This document shows, in pieces, positions 9,530-19,304 of a DNA stretch of 64,000 nucleotides. The stretch spans positions 10,300 through 74,299 of the forward strand of contig JAZPYP010000007.1 in assembly GCA_045544255.1 (NCBI GenBank), in the 5' to 3' direction. The stretch's first letter is position 1. Every line of letters begins with the position of its first letter. Position numbers and translations under genes: made by a program. The notes under the pieces are model-generated. The model was not told the origin of the DNA. It searched no databases and saw nothing but the letters and a program-made list of their open reading frames with translations. The DNA comes from Eubacteriales bacterium. GTDB taxonomy: Bacteria > Bacillota > Clostridia > Oscillospirales > QAKW01.

Positions 9530-12500
9530 ATGAAAGGTAGTTTATATAAAATTCAAACCACCTGCGAGGTGCTCATGAAGCACGCGGCTACCGCTCTATT
9601 TGCGGTAGAGGGATTAGAGGTTGCGGAATCGGGATATAAAACCGGCAACGAGCCCCCGAAGGAGGGCTGGAAGCCATATTATCCTGTTCAAGGAGAATAT
9701 AAACATTTTTGGGTGCGGGGCACCTTTAAAACACCCGCTGCTGAAGAGGGAAAGTTTTTAACCCTTAATTTTTCCCATACCTTTGACGGCAAGGAGCGTA
9801 GTGCGCCCCATGGTCTTCTCTATTTGAACGGAAAGATGATTCAAGGAGTAGATACCAATCATTTAGAAGCTTTTTTGGATCCTGATACCGATTATGAATT
9901 GGTTTACTATGTTTATAATGAGCATCGCTTGGATCCGGTGCCGGTTTTTATCACCGTTAATGCGGTAGATACCCTGCTGGAAGGGCTTTATTATGACCTT
10001 TGGGTGCCCTATGAGGGGAGCAAATACCTTAATGAGAATACCGCCGAATACCGCGATACCATCTCGGTTTTGGATCAGGCCTGCAATATTATGGATCTAC
10101 GGGCTCCCTTGAGCGAAAAATTTTATGCAAGCGCAAGAGCAGCCAAGGAATTCTTGAAAGAGGAATTCTATGGCAAGCTTTGCTCCACCGAAGGGAAGCC
10201 CATCGTTAATTGCATCGGCCATACTCATATTGACGTTGAATGGCGCTGGGCAAGGGCCCAAACCCGCGAGAAGATGCAAAGAAGCTTCACCAGCGCTGCG
10301 CGGCTGATGGAAAAATATCCCGAATATCAGTTTTCCCTTTCCCAACCCGAACTCTATCGCTATTTGAAAGAGGATGCACCGGAGGCTTATGAAGAACTCA
10401 AAGCCTTGGTGGCGGAAGGGCGCTGGGAGCCGGAAGGCGCCTTCTTCTTGGAATGCGATTGCAATCTGGTAAGTGGCGAGGGCTTTGCTCGCCAACTTTT
10501 GCAGGGTAAGCGCTTCTTTAAAAAAGAATTCGGGAAGGATAGCCGCGTTCTTTTCTTGCCGGATGTATTCGGCTATAGCGCCGCTTTGCCCCAACTTTTG
10601 AAAAAAGCAGGGGTAGATTATTTTATCACCTCAAAAATCAGTTGGAATGATACCAATCAAATTCCCTATGATATGTTCCTTTGGGAAGGAATCGACGGCA
10701 CCGAGCTTTTCTCTACCTTTATCACCGCCCAAAAGGGTTCGCCTGATGCAAAGTCGGTGCGCTATTGCACCTATGTGGGCACTAAATATCCCGCCGAAGT
10801 GAAGGGCACTTGGGAGCGCTTTCAGCAGAAGGAATATTCCAAGCAATCGCTGCTGACCTATGGTTATGGAGATGGTGGCGGCGGCCCCACCAGAAAGATG
10901 CTGGAGATCTTCCGCCGCACAGCCTTCGGCCTGCCCGGTTATCCGGTAACCAAAATGAATCAGTTGATCCCCTATCTTGAGGCGGCAGAGGCGGAATTTA
11001 AAGAAAATACTGCCAAGCTTTGCCGCGCGCCCAAATGGGTGGGTGAGCTTTATCTGGAATATCATCGGGGCACCTATACCTCTCAAGCCGCCACCAAGCG
11101 GGGCAATCGTAAGAGCGAATTTCTGCTCCAGAAGGCGGAGGGGCTTTCCGCTATCCACCATCTTTTGGGCGGTGATTATGATGAGCAGGGGCTTTATGCC
11201 GCATGGCGCAAGGTGCTCCATAATCAGTTCCATGATATTCTGCCCGGCTCCTCTATTCATGAGGTTTATGAAGGGGTTAAGGTGGATTATCAGAAAATCG
11301 CTGAATATGGCGAAGGCGTTGTGGCCGAAAAGCTTGATGCCCTCACCAAAGAGATCAAAACCGATGGCGGTATGTTCGTTTATAATCCTATGGGCTTTGC
11401 CCGCAAGGGTGCGGTTTCCCTTCATGGCAAAACCTATGAGCTGAAGGAAGAAATTCCCGCTTTCGGTTGGAAGGTCCTTCCTGCGGAAGAGCCTGCCTGC
11501 AAGGTGAAAATTGATAGCCTTCTGGCAGAGAATGATTTTTATATCTTAAAATTGGATGAAGCAGGAAGAATTGATTCCCTTTTTGATAAGAGCGCCGGCC
11601 GCGAGGTATTCCTTTCGGGGCAAAAGGGCAATGAGTTCCAGATCTTTGAGGATCATCCCCATAAGTATGATGCATGGGAGCTGGATTGCGGCTATAAGGC
11701 AAAAATGTACCTGATGGACGAGCCTGCCAAGATCGAGCCCATCTTTGAGGGAAGCCGCGCAGGCTTTAAGATCAGCCGCCGCTATATGAATTCTACTCTT
11801 GAGCAAAAACTTTGGCTTTATTCCGAGGGCAGAAGAATCGATTTTGAAAATGAGCTGGATTGGCATGAGCAACATCAGGTTTTGAAGATCGCCTTCCCCT
11901 TCGATCTTTTAACCGATGAGGCAACCTTTGAAATTCAATTCGGCCACTTAAAGCGCCCCACCCATAGCAACACCTCTTGGGATCAGGCGAAATTTGAAGT
12001 CTGCGCCCATAAATGGGCGGATCTTTCGGAGCATGGCTATGGCGTTGCCCTTCTGAACGATTGCAAATATGGCTTTAATACAGAAGGGAGCACCCTGAAG
12101 CTCACTGCTTTGAAATGCCCCACCCATCCCGATGAAAGCGCCGATCAGGGCAAGCATCTCTTTACCTATGCGCTCTTGCCCCATGAGGGAAGCCTTTATG
12201 AGGGCAATGTGATCGAAGAGGCCTATGATCTGAACCAGCCCATGACCGGCAAACTGCTCGATAAGCAAGATGGTTCTCTTGCCGATACCTTCTCGCTGGT
12301 TTCCTGCGATAAGAAGAATATTATTATCGAGGCGGTGAAGAAGGCAGAAGAGAGCGAGGATCTCATTGTGCGCCTTTATGATTCCCAAAAGATGCGCACC
12401 ACTGCTACCATTACTCTTCCCGATGGTACGAAAAAGGCATGGCTTGCCAATCTGATTGAAGAAAAGCAAGAAGAGGTGCCCATTATCGATGGAAAGGTTA

Positions 12501-12550
12501 CCTTACCGGTGAAGAACTTTGAGATCATCACCCTGCGACTGGAAAGATAA
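9530..12550 (+). CDS. Alpha-mannosidase (GH38)
   Basis: GHTHIDVEWRW, LPDVFGYS, GYGDGGGGP, ELYLEYHRG and NQFHDILPGS motifs. Confidence 0.95.
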   Translation: MKGSLYKIQTTCEVLMKHAATALFAVEGLEVAESGYKTGNEPPKEGWKPYYPVQGEYKHFWVRGTFKTPAAEEGKFLTLNFSHTFDGKERSAPHGLLYLNGKMIQGVDTNHLEAFLDPDTDYELVYYVYNEHRLDPVPVFITVNAVDTLLEGLYYDLWVPYEGSKYLNENTAEYRDTISVLDQACNIMDLRAPLSEKFYASARAAKEFLKEEFYGKLCSTEGKPIVNCIGHTHIDVEWRWARAQTREKMQRSFTSAARLMEKYPEYQFSLSQPELYRYLKEDAPEAYEELKALVAEGRWEPEGAFFLECDCNLVSGEGFARQLLQGKRFFKKEFGKDSRVLFLPDVFGYSAALPQLLKKAGVDYFITSKISWNDTNQIPYDMFLWEGIDGTELFSTFITAQKGSPDAKSVRYCTYVGTKYPAEVKGTWERFQQKEYSKQSLLTYGYGDGGGGPTRKMLEIFRRTAFGLPGYPVTKMNQLIPYLEAAEAEFKENTAKLCRAPKWVGELYLEYHRGTYTSQAATKRGNRKSEFLLQKAEGLSAIHHLLGGDYDEQGLYAAWRKVLHNQFHDILPGSSIHEVYEGVKVDYQKIAEYGEGVVAEKLDALTKEIKTDGGMFVYNPMGFARKGAVSLHGKTYELKEEIPAFGWKVLPAEEPACKVKIDSLLAENDFYILKLDEAGRIDSLFDKSAGREVFLSGQKGNEFQIFEDHPHKYDAWELDCGYKAKMYLMDEPAKIEPIFEGSRAGFKISRRYMNSTLEQKLWLYSEGRRIDFENELDWHEQHQVLKIAFPFDLLTDEATFEIQFGHLKRPTHSNTSWDQAKFEVCAHKWADLSEHGYGVALLNDCKYGFNTEGSTLKLTALKCPTHPDESADQGKHLFTYALLPHEGSLYEGNVIEEAYDLNQPMTGKLLDKQDGSLADTFSLVSCDKKNIIIEAVKKAEESEDLIVRLYDSQKMRTTATITLPDGTKKAWLANLIEEKQEEVPIIDGKVTLPVKNFEIITLRLER

Positions 12551-12620
12551 ACGAAATAATGAAAGCCTCCGACCCATCGGCCGGAGGCTCTTATTTTATT
12601 CATAGGTTAAGTTCGGTGCA

Positions 12621-13088
12621 TTATCTGTAGCCAAGCATTTTGGCGTAATCCACCACCTCGCCGCGGTATGTGGGATGGCATTCGGCCCGAAGCAGGGTAT
12701 GGCCGATGCGGGCAAGAAGATGGAACTGATCATCGGCGATAAAAACACGGTAGTTATAGTTGATTCCATTGATTTGCATGGAGGCTGAGGTAACGCTGTA
12801 CTTCTCCTCATAATAGCTAAGGGCGCTTTGGTATGCGGCGGCGCCATGCTCGCTATCGGTCAGTGCATAATATTCTATATCATAGTTTTCGTTGGAAGCG
12901 ATGAGAACGGTATTTGCATATCCCTCCCAATCAAATTCATCGGTAGCATCCGCAACCTCAAAGCCTGCCTCCACCATGGCGGCGGTGAAGCCTTCGGGGG
13001 TTTTAGGCGTTTTGGGGCTGCAGGCGGAAAGGAGCGCAAGAATAATGAGCAGCGCTCCGCAAAGGGCAAGGATTCTGATTTTTTTCAT
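12621..13088 (-). CDS. Hypothetical lipoprotein
   Basis: Signal peptide with LSAC lipobox. Confidence 0.7.
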   Translation of the reverse strand: MKKIRILALCGALLIILALLSACSPKTPKTPEGFTAAMVEAGFEVADATDEFDWEGYANTVLIASNENYDIEYYALTDSEHGAAAYQSALSYYEEKYSVTSASMQINGINYNYRVFIADDQFHLLARIGHTLLRAECHPTYRGEVVDYAKMLGYR

Positions 13089-13143
13089 GAAGGAAGCTCC
13101 TTTTGTGCTTTTTTCTTATTATAGCATAGGGATACGGACGCTT

Positions 13144-13965
13144 TCAAGAGCTGCCCATTCTTTTTTGCTGCTGATATTGCTTGGGGGAGAGCCCAAAATG
13201 CTTTTTGAAGGCGGCGCTGAAATAGGCGGGGGAGGAAAAGCCGAGGGAATCGCCGATCTCTTCGATGGTATGGTTTTCTTCCAAGATCAGTTCTGCCGCG
13301 TGGTCCATGCGGATCCGGTTGCGATAGGCAAGCGGGGTTTGCCCTGTGATCTCTTCGAAAACCCGCAAAAAATGGTGCTTACTCATATGGCAAAGCGCGG
13401 CATAATCGGCAAGGGAAAGGTCGCTGTTATAATAGCGGTTCATATGCTGAACTGCTTTGGCGATCCGAGAAAAGCCTGCGGCCCCCTGCTTTGGCTGATG
13501 GGTGGCATCGCGGGCAAGAGCGGCAAGAAGCCGCAACAGGGAATAGGAAGCGATGCTTTCATAGGCCGGTGCTTTTTGCAGCATTTCTTCCAAAAGCTCT
13601 TCAAAAATTTCCTGCACCATCGGTTTCAGGGGCAGATCATAATGATGGGAGGTTTTGAATCCAAGCTCCTTTGGCAGAGCCTTGCATTGGAAATGAACAT
13701 AATAATATTCGGCGGTTTTATCTCCTTTATAGATATGATGCTGGGGTTCATCGGGAGCAAAAAGGATAAAGGAGCCTGCCGAGAAGGTTTCGGGGCGCTC
13801 TAAATAAAAGATCGGGTTTTCTTTGGCTACATAGAATAAGAGCCAATCTTTCCGCCCCTTGGGGCGATGCACTTCGCGGCCCGATTTGGCAAAAATATGG
13901 CCGCAACTGATGGGAAGGATGCCGCCAATGGGCTCCTTTTGCGAGGAATAGGCATTAAAAATCAT
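13144..13965 (-). CDS. AraC-family transcriptional regulator
   Basis: RPKGRKDW N-terminal domain; GFSSPAYFSAAFKKHFGLSP HTH. Confidence 0.9.
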   Translation of the reverse strand: MIFNAYSSQKEPIGGILPISCGHIFAKSGREVHRPKGRKDWLLFYVAKENPIFYLERPETFSAGSFILFAPDEPQHHIYKGDKTAEYYYVHFQCKALPKELGFKTSHHYDLPLKPMVQEIFEELLEEMLQKAPAYESIASYSLLRLLAALARDATHQPKQGAAGFSRIAKAVQHMNRYYNSDLSLADYAALCHMSKHHFLRVFEEITGQTPLAYRNRIRMDHAAELILEENHTIEEIGDSLGFSSPAYFSAAFKKHFGLSPKQYQQQKRMGSS

Positions 13966-14066
13966 CGTTTCACCGCAATATTTCTAAAGTTTCGGGCAAT
14001 AAAACCCCTTGTTTTAAGGGAATTATAGCACTAAAATGAAAGTATGTAAAGAGGGGAGAGAAAAAG

Positions 14067-15155
14067 ATGGCAATTAAAGAAAAATCCTTCCGCATCGGTT
14101 GCGGAAGATATCTGCAGGAAAAGGGAATTATTCAAACTCTTGGAAGCGAGGTTTTGCGCCTTGGAAAAAGCGCCTTGGTTTTAGGGGGCGAAACCGCATT
14201 ATCGGTTGCCGATGAGGCAATCGAAAAAAGCCTCCTTCTGAATAAGATCCCTTATGAGATCATCGAATATAAGGGAAGCTGCAATAAAGAGAGCGCAAAG
14301 GAATATGCCGATTATGCCAAGAAAGAGAATTTCGAGGTAATCATCGGCGTTGGCGGCGGGGTTTTAATGGATTTTGCCAAGCTGACCGCATCGTTTGCCG
14401 CCCTGCCGGTGATCAATATTCCAACCTCTTCGGCCACCTGCGCAGCGTTCACTCCTTTGAGCGTTTGCTATACCAAAGTGGGGCGCACTGTTGGCACCGC
14501 TCATTTTGAGCGGGAGGTGGATGCGGTATTGGTGGATCCCGAAATCCTTGCAACCCAGCCTTCCCGCCTGCTTTTGGCGGGGATTTTCGATGCCCTTGCG
14601 AAATATTGGGAGATCAAGCATCGGTTTTCCGAAGAGATGGCCGCCTTTCCCCTTGGCCTTGATTGGGCTTATGTTTTGGCCCAAAAATCCTTCCGCCGGC
14701 TTACCGAGCAAACCGAGCTTTGCCTTAAGGAACTGAAAGAGGGCAAATTGGATGGCGCTTTTGAGCAGATCCTTTTTAATACCATTGCGGTAACAGGGGT
14801 GATCAGCGGCATTGCAAGGGGCTCCAATCAAACTGCTCTTGGGCATAAATTCTATGAGCTGACCCGCAAATGCTATTTCGAGGAAAGCCGCCCCTATCTT
14901 CATGGCGAGATGGTGGGTGTGGGGCTTCTTTTGCAAAACCATTATAATGGCGAGATTGAGAATAATGAATTCCTTCTCTCCCTGATGAAAAAATATAAGA
15001 TGCCTGCTTGCCCTTCGGATGTTGGGGTTTGCTTTGATGAGCAGAAGCGGGAGCAGTATTTTGCCCTTCTGAAGGAAAGCAGCGCCATGGAGGGGTGCGG
15101 GGAAGCGGAATATGAGCGGCTTTATCAAGGCCTTTGCTATCTGGGGGCTTTATAA
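14067..15155 (+). CDS. Glycerol dehydrogenase-like (Fe/Zn-ADH, DHQS superfamily) oxidoreductase
   Basis: GVGGGVLMDFAK, IPTSSATCA, GIFDALAK and HGEMVG motifs. Confidence 0.85.
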   Translation: MAIKEKSFRIGCGRYLQEKGIIQTLGSEVLRLGKSALVLGGETALSVADEAIEKSLLLNKIPYEIIEYKGSCNKESAKEYADYAKKENFEVIIGVGGGVLMDFAKLTASFAALPVINIPTSSATCAAFTPLSVCYTKVGRTVGTAHFEREVDAVLVDPEILATQPSRLLLAGIFDALAKYWEIKHRFSEEMAAFPLGLDWAYVLAQKSFRRLTEQTELCLKELKEGKLDGAFEQILFNTIAVTGVISGIARGSNQTALGHKFYELTRKCYFEESRPYLHGEMVGVGLLLQNHYNGEIENNEFLLSLMKKYKMPACPSDVGVCFDEQKREQYFALLKESSAMEGCGEAEYERLYQGLCYLGAL

Positions 15156-16591
15156 TGGATAAATATGCATATGAAGGGTATATTCGGCCGGGGCGCGTTT
15201 TCGGCGAGATCTATTTTGTTGGGGTGCGGAAAGCTTCAACTCATGTGATCAAAACGGAAGAGGGATTGATTGTTATCGACCCCGGTATGCCCGATACCAT
15301 GGAAATTGTTTTTGATAATATGAGGGAGCTTGGGCTGGATCCCCGCGATACCAAATGGATCCTTCTTTCCCATGGGCATTATGATCATGCAGGAGGAGTG
15401 AAGGCCTTTAAGGCTATCAGCGATTGCAAGGTTTATATCGGCGAGGGGGATCTTGCCATGGTGCGGGGCGATGAAGATACCGCCCTTTCCAAAGATCCCG
15501 ATTACAGAAACCTTTATTCCTTTGAGCCGGATGGATTGCTGAAGGAGGAAGAACCCCTTTCCTTTGGGGGAATTCATCTGCGCTGCTTGGCAACCCCCGG
15601 CCACTCGGCGGGAACCATGTCGCTCTTTTTTGAAATTCCTTTTGAAGGAAAACTTTATCTTGCAGGGATGCATGGGGGAGTGGGGCTTAATACCCTCTCC
15701 AAAGGGTTTTTAGAAAAAAATCATCTGCCTCTTTCTACCCGCGATATCTTTAGAAAAGGGCTCATGCGCGCGGCAGAAGAGCCGGTGGAGATCTTTCTTG
15801 GCAACCATATTGGGAATAATGATACTATCGGGAAATTGGAGCGGGTGCGCGCCGGTGAAAAAATGGCTTTTTATGCGCCTGCGGAATGGAAAGCATTTTT
15901 AAAAAATACGGCCGAAGGCCTGAACGAATTGGAAAGGAAAGAGGATAAAATGGAAAAAACCATTGAAAGAATTTTGAAGCATCAGATCATCACTATTGTG
16001 CGCGGGGTGGCAAAGGAAAAACTGATCCCCTTGGCAGAGGCTATGTATGCAGGGGGAATCCGCCTGATGGAATGCACTTTCGATTCCAAGGGGGAAACCC
16101 CCGATGAGGAGGTGGCCGCCAATATTCAGATGCTTGCGGAGCATTTTGGGGAGCGGATGCTGATCGGAAGCGGCACGGTGCTGACCGAGCGTCAAGTGGA
16201 ACTGACTGCAAAGGCAGGCGGAAAATTCGTTATTTCCCCTAATTTTGATCCGGCGGTGATCCGCAAAACCAAGGCCATGAACCTTGTTTCCATCCCCGGC
16301 ATCTTCACTCCCAGCGAAGCGGTGGCTGCGGTGCAGGCGGGGGCAGATTTTGTGAAGCTTTTCCCCATGGGTGCTCTCGGCCCCAAATATTTAAAGGATC
16401 TTACCGTGCCCCTTTCTCATATCCGCTTTTTGGCGGTGGGCGGGGTAAACGCCGAAAACTTAAAGAATCATCGGGATGCAGGGGCTTGCGGCTATGGGAT
16501 CGCCTCGGAAATTGTGCATAAGCCTTCTATCGAGAAGGGGGATTTTGAAGCCATCACGCAAAGAGCATTGAAGCTGACAAGTCAGCTTTAA
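15155..16591 (+). CDS. Fusion of an MBL-fold hydrolase (subclass B3-like) and a KDPG/KHG aldolase (Eda-like)
   Basis: N-terminal HGHYDHAGG, TPGHS, GNH; C-terminal IGSGTVL, FVISP, VKLFP (Schiff-base Lys), AVGGV. Starts at a TAATG overlap with the upstream gene. Confidence 0.85.
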   Translation: MDKYAYEGYIRPGRVFGEIYFVGVRKASTHVIKTEEGLIVIDPGMPDTMEIVFDNMRELGLDPRDTKWILLSHGHYDHAGGVKAFKAISDCKVYIGEGDLAMVRGDEDTALSKDPDYRNLYSFEPDGLLKEEEPLSFGGIHLRCLATPGHSAGTMSLFFEIPFEGKLYLAGMHGGVGLNTLSKGFLEKNHLPLSTRDIFRKGLMRAAEEPVEIFLGNHIGNNDTIGKLERVRAGEKMAFYAPAEWKAFLKNTAEGLNELERKEDKMEKTIERILKHQIITIVRGVAKEKLIPLAEAMYAGGIRLMECTFDSKGETPDEEVAANIQMLAEHFGERMLIGSGTVLTERQVELTAKAGGKFVISPNFDPAVIRKTKAMNLVSIPGIFTPSEAVAAVQAGADFVKLFPMGALGPKYLKDLTVPLSHIRFLAVGGVNAENLKNHRDAGACGYGIASEIVHKPSIEKGDFEAITQRALKLTSQL

Positions 16592-16647
16592 TGAATAGTG
16601 AATAGTGAATAGTGAATAGTGAATAGTGAATAGTGAAGAGTGAATAG
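16592..16647. repeat. Heptamer tandem repeat (TGAATAG)x8
   Basis: Eight units counted directly; the seventh is TGAAGAG. Confidence 0.95.
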
Positions 16648-16655
16648 TTTAGGAG

Positions 16656-16682
16656 AAAACTCGGCTGATGCCGAGTTTTTTT
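16656..16682 (+). terminator. Intrinsic terminator
   Basis: AAAACTCGGC-TGAT-GCCGAGTTTTTTT. Confidence 0.8.
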
Positions 16683-16760
16683 CATTTATGTAGAATTTAT
16701 TGAAAATCAAATGAATTGATAGTATAATACTAATATCTTCAAAAAAAGGAGAATGCAAAA

Positions 16761-17945
16761 TTGAGTTATTCTGTTTTTGATAAAAAAGAGCAATGCTGCG
16801 GCTGCAGCGCTTGCGCTCAGGTCTGCCCCAAGGGTGCTATCGCAATGATGGCCGATGAAGAGGGCTTTCTCTACCCTTCTATCGATGCCGCAAAGTGCGT
16901 AGAATGCGGCCTCTGCAAAAAGATCTGCGCCTTCCAAAAGGAGCAGCCTGCCCTTGAAGCAGAGCCGCAGGTTTATGCGGTGAAGGCTTCTGATGCGATT
17001 CGGGAGCAAAGCTCCTCCGGCGGCGCCTTCACTGCCCTTTCCGATTGCATTTTAAAGCGGGGCGGAGTGGTCTATGGATCGGCCTTTGATGAGCATTTGA
17101 AGGCGGTGCATATCCGCGCCGAGACGGAAGGGGAGCGGGATCGCTGCCGCGGCTCCAAATATTCCCAAAGCGAGATGGGGGATATTTTTCCAAAGGTGAA
17201 AGAGGATCTTAAAGCAGGGCGGGAAGTGCTTTTTACCGGCACCACCTGCCAGACTGCGGCCCTGCGGGAATATCTTGCCAAAGAAAATACCGAGCGGCTT
17301 TATACTGCCGATATTATTTGCCACGGCACTCCCTCGCCGAAGCTTTTTCAGGAATATATTGGCCATATTGAAAAGGTGCGGGGCAAAAAGATCGCCGCCT
17401 ATTATCATCGCCCCAAGGATCTTGGCTGGAGGGGCGGTGAAAAGCTGATCTATACCGATGGCAAAGCAGAATCGGGCACCACCTTGATTGATGCATGGCG
17501 CAATATATTCTATGGGGATCTTGCGCTGCGCCCCTCTTGCTACGAGTGCCGCTATGCTTCCCCCTGCCGCCCTTCGGATATTACTATTGCGGATTTTTGG
17601 GGAATTGATGAATACGCCCCTGCCTTCAATGATGGGAAGGGAGTTTCTTTGGTTTTGATCAATTCCGAAAAAGGAAAAAGCCTCTTTGAAGAATGCAAGC
17701 CTGTTCTGGCAATCACCGAGAAAAAAATGGAGGAGGCAGTTGTTAAAAATCCCAATTTGCAGAATTCAACGAAATATCCGAAGGGGAGAGAGGAGTTTTG
17801 GCGAATTTATTTAAAAGGCGGAATTGGTGCAATTATGGCTGTTTACGGGAAGGATAACCGAAAGCAAAAAATCAAATATATGATCAAAGGGGTTATTCGC
17901 GGCCTTGGCCTTATGAAACTTGCTAAAAAGATTTTAAAAAAATAA
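16761..17945 (+). CDS. 4Fe-4S protein with F420 hydrogenase/dehydrogenase beta (FrhB/FdhB) C-terminal domain
   Basis: CCGCSACAQVCP and CVECGLCKKIC; SSSGGAF, ICHGTPSP, LRPSCYEC and DITIADFWG motifs. Confidence 0.85.
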   Translation: MSYSVFDKKEQCCGCSACAQVCPKGAIAMMADEEGFLYPSIDAAKCVECGLCKKICAFQKEQPALEAEPQVYAVKASDAIREQSSSGGAFTALSDCILKRGGVVYGSAFDEHLKAVHIRAETEGERDRCRGSKYSQSEMGDIFPKVKEDLKAGREVLFTGTTCQTAALREYLAKENTERLYTADIICHGTPSPKLFQEYIGHIEKVRGKKIAAYYHRPKDLGWRGGEKLIYTDGKAESGTTLIDAWRNIFYGDLALRPSCYECRYASPCRPSDITIADFWGIDEYAPAFNDGKGVSLVLINSEKGKSLFEECKPVLAITEKKMEEAVVKNPNLQNSTKYPKGREEFWRIYLKGGIGAIMAVYGKDNRKQKIKYMIKGVIRGLGLMKLAKKILKK

Positions 17946-17951
17946 ATTCAG

Positions 17952-17989
17952 AAAGCGCATCTGTTGGGGATCAATAGATGCGCTTTTTT
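17952..17989 (+). terminator. Intrinsic terminator
   Basis: AAAGCGCATCT...AGATGCGCTTTTTT. Confidence 0.75.
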
Positions 17990-18000
17990 GCGGATAATAC

Positions 18001-18029
18001 TTGAAAAAAGCGAACAGAAGTGGTATAAT
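18001..18029 (+). promoter_or_regulatory. atp operon promoter
   Basis: TTGAAA-N17-TATAAT with extended -10 TG. Confidence 0.65.
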
Positions 18030-18048
18030 TTCATCTGTATGTAAGAAG

Positions 18049-18369
18049 GTGATTTTTATCGAAAAGAATATTGTTGGGGCGGCCCTTGCGCTGCTGATCG
18101 GAATCGGCATTGCCGCTTTGAATTACGGCTTGGGCAGATGGTGTCTGAAAAAGAAACCGGAGCGGTATGCCATGCTGCAACCGGTGCGCTCATTGATCCA
18201 GATCGGCTATCTTTTGCTGATCCTTTTGGTTGGGGGCTATACTCCATGGGATCAAATGTGGCTTTTGGTAGGCGGTGCATTGGGGGTAACTCTGCCGATG
18301 CCCTATTTTACCTATCGTTTGGTTAAACTCAATGATGCAAAAGGAAAGGAGGAGGATCCGAATGGGTGA
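18049..18369 (+). CDS. AtpI-like small membrane protein
   Basis: Hydrophobic ORF first in the atp operon. Start uncertain: the track's TTG at 18001 coincides with the -35 box. Confidence 0.6.
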   Translation: MIFIEKNIVGAALALLIGIGIAALNYGLGRWCLKKKPERYAMLQPVRSLIQIGYLLLILLVGGYTPWDQMWLLVGGALGVTLPMPYFTYRLVKLNDAKGKEEDPNG

Positions 18370-19036
18370 GAAATCGGAAGTGCTTTTCAGCATCTTTGGA
18401 ATTTTAGATGTTACCGGTGAAGTGGTTACCATGTGGATCATTTTAGCGCTGGTGGCGATCCTTTCGCTGATTGTTGGAAAAAATTTAAAGGAGCGGCCCG
18501 GAAAATTTCAAAATATGGTGGAAACGGGCGTGGAATATTTGGATAACTTTTTTGCTGATATTTTGGGAAAGAAGAAATCCAGAAAGTATTTCACTTTTTT
18601 GGCTTCTCTCTTCATCTTTATTTTAATCGGGAACTATTCGGGGCTGATCCCCGGTGTGGGGCTGACTGATTATGTGAAAGCGCCTACCGCCAATCTTTCG
18701 GTAACGATCGGCCTTGGTATTACCACTTTTGTATTTTTGCAATATGTGGGCCTCAGGCATAGTGTAAAAGGCTATTTCAAGCGTTTTGTCAGCCCGATGT
18801 TCTTTATGCTGCCGCTGATCCTGCTGGATGAATTTATTAAACCGGCTTCTTTGGCGCTGCGCCTTTTCGGTAATGTTTTCGGGGAAGAAATGGTTACCGA
18901 AGAGCTTTATCATATCTTCCCCATCGGAATCCCTGTGGTGATGATGGTGCTCTCCATTTTGTTCTGCGCCCTTCAGGCCATGGTCTTTACTATGCTTACC
19001 TCGATCTATCTCGATGAGATGACCGAAGAAGAATAA
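18362..19036 (+). CDS. atpB: F0F1 ATP synthase subunit a
   Basis: APTANL, SLALRLFGN (essential Arg) and LQAMVFTMLT motifs. Confidence 0.95.
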   Translation: MGEKSEVLFSIFGILDVTGEVVTMWIILALVAILSLIVGKNLKERPGKFQNMVETGVEYLDNFFADILGKKKSRKYFTFLASLFIFILIGNYSGLIPGVGLTDYVKAPTANLSVTIGLGITTFVFLQYVGLRHSVKGYFKRFVSPMFFMLPLILLDEFIKPASLALRLFGNVFGEEMVTEELYHIFPIGIPVVMMVLSILFCALQAMVFTMLTSIYLDEMTEEE

Positions 19037-19066
19037 AAAAATTATTTTCAAAGGAGAAATTTAAAA

Positions 19067-19294
19067 ATGACTTCCGGAATTATTGCTATTGCTGCTGCTA
19101 TTACGATTGCTGTGAGCACTATTGGCCCTGCAATCGGTCAGGGAATGACTGCGAAGAGCGCTATGGAGGGCATCGCCCGCCAGCCCGACGCTGCAAAAGA
19201 GATCCGCTCTACTTTGATTATTTCTCTGGCGTTGATGGAAGCGCTGACCATTTATGGTTTGCTGATCGCTTTCATGCTGGTGGCAAAGGTATAA
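19067..19294 (+). CDS. atpE: F0F1 ATP synthase subunit c
   Basis: IARQP loop and LMEALTIYG ion-binding Glu; 75 aa. Confidence 0.96.
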   Translation: MTSGIIAIAAAITIAVSTIGPAIGQGMTAKSAMEGIARQPDAAKEIRSTLIISLALMEALTIYGLLIAFMLVAKV

Positions 19295-19304
19295 GGGTGG
19301 CTCA

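Noticed and set aside
15155-15949. Antibiotic-resistance beta-lactamase call
   Set aside because: No signal peptide, fused to an aldolase, and in a sugar-catabolic context; fold similarity alone is insufficient
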